A stretch of DNA of 64,000 nucleotides from Nemertoderma westbladi (GCA_032718475.1 JAUCBJ010001382.1:28843-92842), one strand, 5' to 3'; positions 10,684 through 21,783 are shown, counted from the first letter of the stretch. Translations and numbers: made by a program. The notes: generated from the letters alone by a model not told the origin.

Positions 10684-11345
10684 ATGGAGAAGGATATTAG
10701 AGCGCAACCGCGCAGAGGATTTACTGCCGGAGAGGAGGCGGAGTTACCATTCGCGCGACCGGGATGTAAAGATTCGAACGTTTACTACCATGGGCGGTCG
10801 GTGATGGAGCTAAATGGGAAATACAAACCCACGATTCCCGACCGATTAGACGAGCAACATCCAGAACCGATATTAACGCGATGTCCAGCTCACCGGTTCT
10901 TTAGATACAACGAGGGAGGTTACCCGATGAGCAACCCGATGATCAGTATCGACTTCAGCGGAAAGCGACCTCCGAGACCCATTACGCCGACCGTTACGAC
11001 ATTAGATCCGTATACGGAGATTAAACCTGTTCGACACCCAGTTTGATAGAGACGACAGCGGCCATTTCGCTATACCGAGCCTATAAGGACCTAGAGGCGC
11101 GGCGCGAAGCGGCACGGGACTCGAGTTCCTGGACCACGTTCACTTCGCTTCACCAGGAGAGGAAGCTCACGCCTGAGTATCCAGACGAGATTCGCGCCGT
11201 CCATCCGTCTACTAACCATACCCACGATCCGCGATTTATACGATATTCACTCCAAATTATTTCGGGAAGTTTCGACGAACGCATTATTAAGCCCGAATAT
11301 GTCCAATCCTTTATATATCATCGTCGCTCTGATATATACGTCTAG
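10684..11345 (+). CDS. Accessory ORF(s) downstream of pol: 120 aa plus an overlapping 100 aa, possibly one frameshifted gene; function unknown
   Basis: ATG at 10684 opens a GC-richer coding-like island in the env position; no recognisable domain. Confidence 0.35.
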
Positions 11346-13489
11346 AATTATTACCCAGCGCACAATTGGCGGCCTAAGGAGACTCGTTTGGGGTCATTGA
11401 CCTCTGAACGAGTGGAGGATCAGGACCGCCGCGCCCACAGAGACAACAGCCGGAGCTCACAGCTCGCGGCAAGTACAAGAAGGAGGAGTCCTTGGCAAGC
11501 GTCAAGCCAAGGACGAGCAGCTCCATTCTATAGTTGAAGAAAGAGGAGTTGGCGGAGGCGCCCACAGGGACACGGCAAATGGGACGAGGCCGAGGGAGGA
11601 GCACCAGTCGGGAGATAGTCGGTGCCCAGGGAACGTCGTCGCCGGTTCCGGGAAGTGACGCCTCAAGGACGCCGTCAACAGAGTCTACAGGGGGTAGACT
11701 GGTGTATCTGGAGAGGGGAGCGAGCCCGAGAGACCCAGGAGCTAGCCGATGAGACTATAATATCACGGAGCGACAGACTCTAGACATATACATCATCGTC
11801 GCTCTGATGTATATCGTAGGTTTTGATCAATCATTCGACTGGACTCATATACACTAGTCGTATTCATATTTTAGAATTTTATTTTCGAAGGCGAAAAATA
11901 TTGAAAGGAAATAATTTTATTTTATAGTCCGTTGGAAATATGATTTTGAGCCTATACTATATTTGATTTTGTGTATATGACTTTATTTGCTCTAAAGTTT
12001 ATTGAAAGAGGCAAAGGAAGTGATTGGGGAGACAAACCCGCGGGTTTGGCTTACTCCTTTCACTTACCTGAGCAATCATCAAACCAAGATGATTTGCGTT
12101 TTTTTTATAAGAAATTAAGTAAAGTCCGAAAATGAAAGAAATTATTACGTATTTTATATTTAATTTGATTATCGGCCTTTAATGCAATTTAGTTAAAAAT
12201 TTAGCCTCAAATACGTTTATATTTAGTTTATCTTGTTAATGTTGATCGTTAATTTGAGATGGGAAATGGGGGACATTGTCCTAGCCATGTTCCATTTCAA
12301 TATGTAGACCGTTAATTTGTAAATAAATAAAGGAAGTAATATTTTTGTAATTTTAATTTTGTATGTAGTAATCATTATGTAGTACGAACGAGAAACAATA
12401 TTTTGTAAATTTAATTTGTATGTAATTCATTATGCAATATCTATAGCAATATTTGTAAATAGTAGGACCTATAGTATTAAGTATTTAGATTGGTTGGAAG
12501 AAATTTATTTTGTTTTGTATACATCACCTTATACACTTCTACAATTGGAGGGAAACATTGTATGATTTCCCTTGGAGCGGTGTTACGGTATATGGCGCTG
12601 TATCCATATTATTAGTCATCATGCAGTATGCAATATTAGTCCGTTATGCAGTATGCAATATTAGTCTGTTATACTGTACGTAATATTAGTCCATTGTGCA
12701 GCATGATATTTTAGATAAGGCATAATAACGCAGTGGTATTTAGGTAGGGAAATCAAAACGCCCATATATTTGAAACCATCCATTTTGTATAGTATGTAGC
12801 CCTACCTACGTAATTTTGTATTAGGATATATGTAGATAGTTCCAGGGTAGCGAGTTTATTCGGACCCTGGATTTTGTGCTTGCTGATATTAGTTTGATAG
12901 GGCTAGCATATAGGGACGCCGTCCTGGCCATTCAGCAGCCAGGGACGTGAACCATTACCATATATGGTAATAATTTGAGCAATAGGGCTACAATCCGGCC
13001 TCCTTATTGGATTAACTGCTTCCAGGTTGGTCTAATGCTAGCATGGACTGGAGAGCCAATAGGAGAGCGATTGAGTCACCCTATTGCATCATCCCATCCG
13101 GATCACCTATAAATTGGCGGTGTGCCGGTAGAGCCTTACAACCTGTTATCAATCAATTCAACCTTCACTGCTGTTGTACTTGCTGAGCTGTCTCTATTCA
13201 ATTTTGACGGATTTTAGAGTATTTTTGCAATTTGATTAATTTCTTGAAATGATTTGCTAGTGCGATTACTCTTGCTTGTGTTTCTCAATTAATTCCTTCG
13301 ATTACTGCTAATTACAACTGAACTATGATTTCTACCTTTTGATTAATGGTTCTATGTGATTCTTTTCTGCGCAATAATCCTAAGGGATTTCTGAGACTGT
13401 CAGACTTTGTGATTTGCATGCGCCGCTACGGTAGCTATTAGCATAATGGAGGGCTAAGGCGCCAGTGGGCGGTGGGCACATCGGGGGGT

Positions 13490-14056
13490 TGTGACGGGAT
13501 CCGAGAGGATCCCGGTTTATCCGGTGTGTTTCGTACGCGTCCCCGCCCCGCCGTGTGAATGGAAAAGGTAATAATAGTTCTAGTGTCGTTGTCGAACTCT
13601 GATAACGTTGAGATAATAAATGATGAGTGATACAGATAGCACAGTAGATAAAGCTAATATACCGGTAATATGGTGACGGTGGCGACGACGGTCTTAACAG
13701 TCACCGTACTGCCTTACTGTACTGGGATAGCTGACTGAGTAAACTGACTATAATGATTACCGTACAGGTAATATATATTGCACGGGTTTGGCCGTTACAG
13801 TACTTAGTCGATGCTGTCCCCCCATTGGCTAATACCCCTGTTGGCACCCTTTGCCCCCCTCTGAAGTGCTTCCCTTCGCCCTTGCTGTTCTCTCTTGGTT
13901 AGGGGTTTGGCCCCTGACCCCTATTGTGTGTTTCTCCTTCCCTTCCCACTTTATTGGGGTAACACAAGGTTGATATTGGTAATCAACCTTGTGCTCCCAA
14001 TATTGCCTTATGGCTCACCTTATGGGTTTGTGTTAGCGGAATTGGATAAGCTAACA
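13490..14056 (-). repeat. 3' LTR of the nested element
   Basis: TGTGACGGG...GCTAACA; no differences seen against 20964-21530. Confidence 0.95.
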
Positions 14057-14065
14057 CTCCCCCCC
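14057..14065 (-). promoter_or_regulatory. Polypurine tract
   Basis: Minus strand GGGGGGGAG directly precedes the LTR's TGT. Confidence 0.8.
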
Positions 14066-14459
14066 ATGCTATCTTCCCGGTGAGAAGATAGCATCCAACT
14101 CAAGTGCGCTACAATTCCGCTGGATCCCGATCTAGCATCGGGTGTGGGGTGGGTATATTTTTTCGGAGTCGGCTTTCCAGGCCGCTCCCTATGGGTATGA
14201 TGTCACTACCCTCTGGCGTCTCGTGTCGGGCCGATCGTGCGCTTCTCTCACACAATTTTTGTTTCCCCAACACTCTCACCACTCTACTCCAACTCTCGCA
14301 TACCCCCGGACCTCCTCGTCCCACACTCTTCCTCTCACTTCTCCTCCCCCACACTTGAATTGCGCCCACGCTCTCTTCGCACTCCGCACTATTACCTCTC
14401 CACTCTCTTGTCACTCCCTAAGGCTTTAATCTCTAATGCTACCCCTGTGCTATCATACT

Positions 14460-17045
14460 ATCTATCTACAGCTTACTAACTCTAACTATCTAACTAACTC
14501 TGCTAACTACTAACTCTTACTACTTCTAGCTCTAACTGAGAGCCTCTAACTTTCTACTGACTCTAACTCTCTACTAAGTCTAACTAACTCCTACTAACTT
14601 TCTACTTCTACTAACTCTACTTGACTCCTCTGAGTCTACCAACTCTGCTAACTAGCTCTACTAACTCTACTCCACTAGCTCTGCTAACTCTACTCCACTA
14701 GCTCTGCTAACTCTAAACTAGCTCTACTAACTCTACTCCACTCTTCTAACTACGTGGCGCTTGCGGTGCCCACAACCACTCTACTATATGGCACCCTATG
14801 CGCCCTCTCTGCTCTACTCTACTACCTGGCACCCTATGTGCCCGTCTCTACTCTTCTACTATCTGGCACCCTATGTGCCCCCTCTGCTCTACTCTACTAC
14901 CTGGCACCCTATGTGCCCTCTCTACTACACTACTACCTCTCTAACTTACTACCTGGCACCCTATGTGCCCGTCTCTACTCTTCTACTCTCTGGCACCCTA
15001 TGTGCCCGTCTCTACTCCTCTACATCCCCTTTACGTCTCATCGCCTACACGTGACGCTCTGAGTGCCGGCAGAGTGGGTACGTTAATTATGTGAACTACT
15101 ACTGACTCTACTAACTCTCTTCTAACTCTACTAACTCTTTTTGTGCCCGGCACCTCTTGTGCACGGCACCTTCTAACTCTACTAACTCTCTACGTGGCGC
15201 TAACGGTGCCCACAACCACAACCGGTACTACGTACCCTCTTACTAACTCTACCTCTATCTACGTGGCGCTAACGGTGCCCACAACCACAACCGGTACTAC
15301 TACGTACCCTCTTACTAACCTCTAACTCCCACTAACTCTAATTAACATACCCTGCTCTTACATCACACACATCATCACGCCCGTGCCCCACTAAGTTCAG
15401 CGCATTCCCTACTAACTCTAACTACGTGGCGCTTACGGTGCCCACAACCCTCTACTGCTACTACTAACACCCCTAACTAGCGGTACTACGTACCCTCTTA
15501 CTACTCTAGCTCTCTCTACTAGCTAGCGGTACTACGTACCCTCTTACTCTTACTAACTCTCTAACGGTACTACGTACCCCTTAACTCCTACTCTCTAATG
15601 GTACTGCGTACCCTCTAACTCTCTAACTATCGGTACTACCTACCCTCTAACTCTAACTCTAACTAGGCATTACGCACCCTCTAACTCTAACTCTGACTAG
15701 GTACCACGTACCTACTAACTCTAACTCTATCGGTACTACCTACCCTCTAACTCTAACTCTAACTAGGCATTACGCACCCTCTAACTCTAACTCTAACTAG
15801 GTACTACGTACCTACTAACTCTAACTAGGTACTACGTACCTACTAACTCTAACTACCGGTACTACGTACCCTACTAACTCTAACTCTAACTAGGTACTAC
15901 GTACCTACTGACTCTAACTCCATCGGTACTACCTACCCTCTAACTCTAACTCTAACTAGGCATTACGTACCCTCTAACTCTAACTAGGTACTACGTACCT
16001 ACTAACTCTAACTCTAACTAGGTACTACGTACCTACTAACTCTAACTAGGTACTACGTACCTACTAACTCTAACTACCGGTACTACGTACCCTCTAACTC
16101 TAACTCTAACTAGGTACTACGTACCTACTAACTCTAACTCTATCGGTACTACCTACCCTCTAACTCTAACTCTAACTAGGCATTACGAACCCTCTAACTC
16201 TAACTAACTAGCGGTACTTACGTACCCTCTAACTCTCTTCTACTAACGGTACTACACGTACCCTCCTACTAACTCTTCTACTAACGGTACTACACGTACC
16301 CTCCTACTAACTCTAACTAACTCCTCTAACTCTAACTAGGTACTACGTACCTACTAACTCTAACTCTAACTAGGTACTACGTACCTACTAACTCTAACTA
16401 GGTACTACGTACCTACTAACTCTAACTACCGGTACTACGTACCCTCTAACTCTAACTCTAACTAGGTACTACGTACCTACTAACTCTAACTCTATCGGTA
16501 CTACCTACCCTCTAACTCTAACTCTAACTAGGCATTACGTACCCTCTAACTCTAACTAACTAGCGGTACTTACGTACCCTCTAACTCTCTTCTACTAACG
16601 GTACTACACGTACCCTCCTACTAACTCTTCTACTAACGGTACTACACGTACCCTCCTACTAACTCTAACTAACTCTAGGTACTACGTACCTACTAACTCT
16701 AACTAACTCTAGGTACTACGTACCTACTAACTCTCTAACTCTAGGTACTACGTACCTACTAACTCTAACTCTGATTAGGTACTACGTACCTACTAACTCT
16801 AACTAACTCTAGGTACTACGTACCTACTAACTCTAACTCTGATTAGGTACTACGTACCTACTAACTCTAACTAACTCTAGGTACTACGTACCTACTAACT
16901 CTCTAACTCTAGGTACTACGTACCTACTAACTCTAACTCTGATTAGGTACTACGTACCTACTAACTCTCTAACTAGCGGTACTTACGTACCCTCTTTAAC
17001 TAACTAACTAACTGACTAACTAACTAACTCTTACTACCTAACTTC
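14460..17045 (-). repeat. Complex array of short hairpins in a (CTCTAA/CTAA)n spacer background
   Basis: Dozens of TAGGTAC-TAC-GTACCTA, GGTAC-TAC-GTACC and GGCAC-CCTAT-GTGCC inverted repeats separated by CTAACT-rich spacers. Confidence 0.9.
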
Positions 17046-17082
17046 TACCTACTCTATTATTTAATTATTTTCTTAATTTTAA

Positions 17083-19608
17083 TTAAATAATTATTTTATA
17101 TTTTGTGCGTGGGAAGGGCGTCTCGCCCTCATTCCCACCCCCCTCAGTCCAAAACTTTGGACGACTAAAAACTCTCACGTGCCCCTTCTTCCGGTAGGCA
17201 CTCTCCTGCTGCCCTCCTATACGTCCTCTAGCTCTTCGCCACACTCTCTTCGGTGCCACCTTTACTGGCCTCCCCCTTCGTATGTGCGCTGGCATTAGAG
17301 CCCTCGACGACCCCCGCTCGTCCCTCGGTATACGCGGTGTCTGCCCGTGCAATGCCCCCTCGCACTGTGTCCGTCCTGCGTGTGTATGCAACACGCCTCC
17401 TCCTACTTTCCCGACTCCCTTATGTTTGCTAATGGGCTTCTCTGCCCCTGGTTTAGTCCTTTCATATCCTCTCCCTTTCCAACACTCTCCGGATCTGTGT
17501 CCTTTTACCACACATCGATGACATAGTCCGTTTGCGTCTGTGTAGGCTACACGATCTCGTTTGGGCAACGCTTGCCAATACTTGCAACTCCTGGTCTTAT
17601 GGGTTCCGTCCCGATGTAATTGACATTGGAATCCTGGATTATAGCGTTTCCTGTATAGTCCTTCACGTATCGCGCTTAGGTTTATATGTACCGATTTAAT
17701 GTTTTGGTTGTCTAGACTCGGCCTACTGGGTGTATTGGGATTGTGTTTATTATATATGGTGTTATTTTCTTTCTGTCCCTGCCACGGTGTGGCCCTACTA
17801 CCAGCTAACTGTGGACTGGTAGTCCCCTGTATGGCCGCGTGTGGTGGTGACTGTCCGCACGACCTGCTCTCGTCCAGGGAGTTCGATGTTCTCGCTCCTA
17901 TCGGGGTACATTGTCGATATTGTGATGGGGGAATGTCACCCTGTCCCCCCCCAGCCGGTATGTTTGGTACTGGGGTTGATGTTAATACATTGGGGCCCAT
18001 ACGTCTATCTCCAATAACTCCCCCCTCCCCTGGATATATGTTATGTCCCTGTGTATTATAGTCATGCTGCTGTACCGATATAGGCCTACCTACCTCTCGC
18101 CTACCTACCGGTATGTACTCCGCGACTTCCGGGTTTAATTCCGTCGTTCGCGCTACCCCATCGCCTACTCTATCAATCCCAGCATGGCCTATAATAGTAT
18201 GTGCAGTAAGGCCTACAGTATGTCCTGCAGTCTGCATGTGCCCTTCCGAACCGAAGTTTATTCTTCGCGAATCTCGAATCTCCCCGCGACTACCGTACTC
18301 TCGATCGGCAGCTACATCCCGTCGGGAAGCTTCTCTTCGATCCCCTATCCTGCTCTCGTCTTCGTATTGGTACCTCCTGTACCCCTCTCTTGGCGTGCGG
18401 TGCGTTTCTCCGGGGCGACGGCAATCTCCCGAAGTTCGACCCCACTGGCTCCCTGACTCCATCTCTACTATCGACGGTTCGTTATCCGTCCTCGCACTCC
18501 TATCATTCGTGGCGACACTTCTTCTACTATCTTCTCTTCTTCTCTTTTCTGTGTAGTATTCCGGCTCGTGAGGTCTCTCGTCGACCTCCCGGTTAAACTC
18601 CACTCTTCTTCCTCCCTCTTCTAATCGGGCTCGACGCTTCGTCTGCCCTCTCGCGACGTCAACCTGCCTCTCTCTACTCGATCGCACGCCGCTGGGGATA
18701 CTCGCAATCCCCCTATTACTCTCCGTCGCCGGTTGTTGCGGTTTACCTGATTCGGCCCGCGCATTATCCGCTGACGGCTGTGGGACACTCTCTGCCCCCC
18801 CTCTCTCTCTACTAATCTCTCGCGGTGGGGTGCCCGTAGCCCCCCCCCACCCGCCACTTCTAACTTCACTATTTCTTACTACACTTCTATACCCCTCTTG
18901 TGGGGCATTCTCTGCCCCCCCTCTCTCGCCACTAATCTTATGTGGTGGGGCGCCCGTAGCCCCCCCCCACCCGCCACATCTAACTTCAATATCTCTTACT
19001 TCGTCTCTACACCCCTCTCTAGTCGACGCACTGTCTCTACTACGGCTGGGTCTATTCACCCCCGCCTCTCTCTCTACTACTGCGTGGCCCATCAGGCCCA
19101 CTTCGGGTTGGCTCAACCCCGCTACCTCCTGCCTACCAACTACGTGGCCTACCAGGCCGCCGTCGGGTTGGCTCAACCCTGCCACTTCCTGCCTACTAAC
19201 TACGTGGCCTACCAGGCCGCCGTCTGCCGGGTTATGTACGTCCGACACGCTCACATTAATAGCACCATTCCCAATATTATTTTTTAAATCAATTAAATTA
19301 TTAGAATTTGAAACGGGATTATTGTTTAAATTATTTAAATTACTTAGATCACTACTATTCTCTAAACTTAAATTATTATCCGAATTATTTTGCGGGTTTG
19401 AATTGAAATTATTATTTAGAATATTTGTATTTAAATTTAAATTACTACTACCCGGTAAAATATTATTTCCTGTAATAAAGGGATTAGGGTTATCTACTAC
19501 GGTACTATTAATATTAACTATCTCTAACGTACTACTACTACCCCCCCCCGCCCGTACGGCTACACCAGTTCTGGCTCTCTCGCCCGGTGCCTGTAAGTGG
19601 GGTCTCAC
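17083..19608 (-). CDS. Gag-like ORF2 of the nested element (Asn-rich block, low complexity, two C-terminal Zn knuckles)
   Basis: 841-aa open frame; CQLHRDGTHKTRSC...CHRCVVKGHRSGEC is spaced like a Bel/Pao nucleocapsid. Confidence 0.7.
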   Translation of the reverse strand: MRPHLQAPGERARTGVAVRAGGGSSSTLEIVNINSTVVDNPNPFITGNNILPGSSNLNLNTNILNNNFNSNPQNNSDNNLSLENSSDLSNLNNLNNNPVSNSNNLIDLKNNIGNGAINVSVSDVHNPADGGLVGHVVSRQEVAGLSQPDGGLVGHVVGRQEVAGLSQPEVGLMGHAVVEREAGVNRPSRSRDSASTREGCRDEVRDIEVRCGGWGGATGAPPHKISGERGGAENAPQEGYRSVVRNSEVRSGGWGGATGTPPREISRERGGAESVPQPSADNARAESGKPQQPATESNRGIASIPSGVRSSRERQVDVARGQTKRRARLEEGGRRVEFNREVDERPHEPEYYTEKRRREDSRRSVATNDRSARTDNEPSIVEMESGSQWGRTSGDCRRPGETHRTPREGYRRYQYEDESRIGDRREASRRDVAADREYGSRGEIRDSRRINFGSEGHMQTAGHTVGLTAHTIIGHAGIDRVGDGVARTTELNPEVAEYIPVGRREVGRPISVQQHDYNTQGHNIYPGEGGVIGDRRMGPNVLTSTPVPNIPAGGGQGDIPPSQYRQCTPIGARTSNSLDESRSCGQSPPHAAIQGTTSPQLAGSRATPWQGQKENNTIYNKHNPNTPSRPSLDNQNIKSVHINLSAIREGLYRKRYNPGFQCQLHRDGTHKTRSCKYWQALPKRDRVAYTDANGLCHRCVVKGHRSGECWKGRGYERTKPGAEKPISKHKGVGKVGGGVLHTHAGRTQCEGALHGQTPRIPRDERGSSRALMPAHIRRGRPVKVAPKRVWRRARGRIGGQQESAYRKKGHVRVFSRPKFWTEGGGNEGETPFPRTKYKIII

Positions 19609-20824
19609 TCTCTGATATCTCCAACCGCGCCAGTTCTAGTCGGCGCTGTTTAAGTTTGGCTTGATATTGCGCAAGCCTCCCTAGCTGAGCACGCAAATCA
19701 TCCCGCCTGCGCTTACACTCTATCCCTCTCTGTCGCATATCCTGCTCGGCCAACTCTGCCTCTCTCGCAAGCATCTCAAGCCGCCTCGCCGGCTCGCTCT
19801 CTACTCCCATCTCTCGCTCTCTACACTCCTTGGCTCCCTCTCTACACTTCTCGGCCCTCTCTCTATACTCCCTCTCCAACTCTCCTATCTTCTCTGAGAA
19901 TGCGGTTCCCTCTCTCAATCGTCTCTCTAACTCATTCTGCTCTGTCGCAACCATTTCTAATCTATACGCCATGCGTTCACTCTCTCGCACCCTTCTTTCT
20001 TTTGCGGAGGATGTAGCAGACTTATCGGTTGCGACGGACTCCTGCCGCTCCTCCGTCCTACTAACTTTCCCCCGCCTCCCGGAACTTCCTCCGACCGACG
20101 AGACCGAATCCTCGGGTTTAACCTCGGATTCGCCCTCCCCAGGTCTCTTCCAACCCACTAATTTTACTCCCCGGGCATCGACTAAGTATGGCCCTACGTA
20201 CACTACGCTAGGTTCCATACCCCCACATTCCCATAGTTTAAACAGTTCGAAGGCAACTCCCCACGCCCTCAACTCTGCTAGTTCTCTCTGCCCAGAACAC
20301 ACTAGGTGATCAAAGTATCTGTTCGACTCACCTAGTCCCTTTGTCATCCTGACCTCGTCTATCCTCGCCCCCTCCTTGGCCTCCTTTAGTAGTTCCCGGG
20401 TCGCGTTGTAGGCCCGTCGAAGTCGATCAGAAACCCCGACGTCCTCGTCGCCGACCTCTCGTCCGTCTCTCCGGGTCCGACGTCGTACCGGCGGCCCCAC
20501 CGTCGCCGTTCCGGTGGACCGTTCGTCGTCCTCGGCCTGTGGCGGACCGGCGACATCGGTTCGTCGACCCTCGCTCCGCGTCGACTCGTCTTTCTCTTCT
20601 CCTCCCGACTCGTCTCCTCTACTCGACTCGCTCTCTCCTGGTAGACGACCCCCCACACCTTGGTTCGCCGTGTTGCTCGTTATCGACGTGGCGTCAACGT
20701 GCGTCGACGTGGTCGGCGTAGCATCGACCGGCGTCGTGGGTTCGTATCGTCTCGCCGTGGCCTCGCGGATCGTTAGATCGTCGTCCGGGGTCCGCGGCGG
20801 TGTCGTTCCTCTCTCTCGGCTCAT
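19538..20824 (-). CDS. Gag-like ORF1 of the nested element (coiled coil)
   Basis: 428-aa ATG-initiated ORF about 140 nt after the 5' LTR; VKPEDSVSSVG motif and an E/R coiled coil, as in Bel/Pao gag N-termini. Confidence 0.7.
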   Translation of the reverse strand: MSRERGTTPPRTPDDDLTIREATARRYEPTTPVDATPTTSTHVDATSITSNTANQGVGGRLPGESESSRGDESGGEEKDESTRSEGRRTDVAGPPQAEDDERSTGTATVGPPVRRRTRRDGREVGDEDVGVSDRLRRAYNATRELLKEAKEGARIDEVRMTKGLGESNRYFDHLVCSGQRELAELRAWGVAFELFKLWECGGMEPSVVYVGPYLVDARGVKLVGWKRPGEGESEVKPEDSVSSVGGSSGRRGKVSRTEERQESVATDKSATSSAKERRVRESERMAYRLEMVATEQNELERRLREGTAFSEKIGELEREYRERAEKCREGAKECREREMGVESEPARRLEMLAREAELAEQDMRQRGIECKRRRDDLRAQLGRLAQYQAKLKQRRLELARLEISESETPLTGTGRESQNWCSRTGGGG

Positions 20825-20866
20825 CTTCGTCTTTGGTAGCCGTCAGTCACAGCTCGGCAGGCCTAG

Positions 20867-20972
20867 TGTTAAGACTGTGACGGGCAGTTACAGTTCAGGC
20901 AATTCTCAGATGTTAAGACTGTGACGGGCAGTTACAGTTCAGGCAATTCTCAGATGTTAAGACTGTGACGGG
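20867..20972 (-). repeat. 44-bp tandem repeat (2 full + 1 partial) carrying copies of the LTR end/PBS junction
   Basis: TGTTAAGACTGTGACGGG starts at 20867, 20911 and 20955; the third copy overlaps the LTR. Confidence 0.9.
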
Positions 20973-21530
20973 ATCCGAGAGGATCCCGGTTTATCCGGTG
21001 TGTTTCGTACGCGTCCCCGCCCCGCCGTGTGAATGGAAAAGGTAATAATAGTTCTAGTGTCGTTGTCGAACTCTGATAACGTTGAGATAATAAATGATGA
21101 GTGATACAGATAGCACAGTAGATAAAGCTAATATACCGGTAATATGGTGACGGTGGCGACGACGGTCTTAACAGTCACCGTACTGCCTTACTGTACTGGG
21201 ATAGCTGACTGAGTAAACTGACTATAATGATTACCGTACAGGTAATATATATTGCACGGGTTTGGCCGTTACAGTACTTAGTCGATGCTGTCCCCCCATT
21301 GGCTAATACCCCTGTTGGCACCCTTTGCCCCCCTCTGAAGTGCTTCCCTTCGCCCTTGCTGTTCTCTCTTGGTTAGGGGTTTGGCCCCTGACCCCTATTG
21401 TGTGTTTCTCCTTCCCTTCCCACTTTATTGGGGTAACACAAGGTTGATATTGGTAATCAACCTTGTGCTCCCAATATTGCCTTATGGCTCACCTTATGGG
21501 TTTGTGTTAGCGGAATTGGATAAGCTAACA
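20964..21530 (-). repeat. 5' LTR of the nested element
   Basis: 567-bp direct repeat of 13490-14056; minus-strand TATATA at about 21246-21252 and an Inr-like TCAGTT at about 21216-21221. Confidence 0.95.
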
Positions 21531-21752
21531 GGGGTTGAGCGACTAAGGGAGAGCGGAGGATTCAAAAGCGGGCAACGCTGGCGGGGGTCAACGTTGCGGT
21601 CGGGCAGTTTGGACTGTGGGTTGGAGACCGCTCGCCGGTACAGTAATTAGGGGGCTGATGATCCAAGGTTTTGTCTCTATTTAGTATTAGGGGGCAGGAA
21701 TTGGGTTAGTTAGGAAGCCTAGATGTACCCGGGAGGGGCCTGCATACCTTAC

Positions 21753-21783
<31 letters not shown>

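Larger units (their letters stand above)
13490..21530 (-). mobile_element. Complete non-autonomous (pol-less) LTR retroelement, 8041 bp, with Bel/Pao-like gag
   Basis: Two 567-bp TG..CA LTRs; 5-bp TSD GGGGT (13485-13489 / 21531-21535); PPT on the minus strand; gag-like ORFs; no RT or integrase ORF. Confidence 0.92.

Noticed and set aside
14109-14414. Integrase remnant (ESWSRVVRVL resembling GSWERLVRSV)
   Set aside because: Too short and low-complexity to support without an alignment.
14460-17045. CRISPR array or telomeric tract
   Set aside because: Spacers are low-complexity and repetitive; the motif is TTAGAG-like rather than TTAGG(G), and it lies inside an LTR element.
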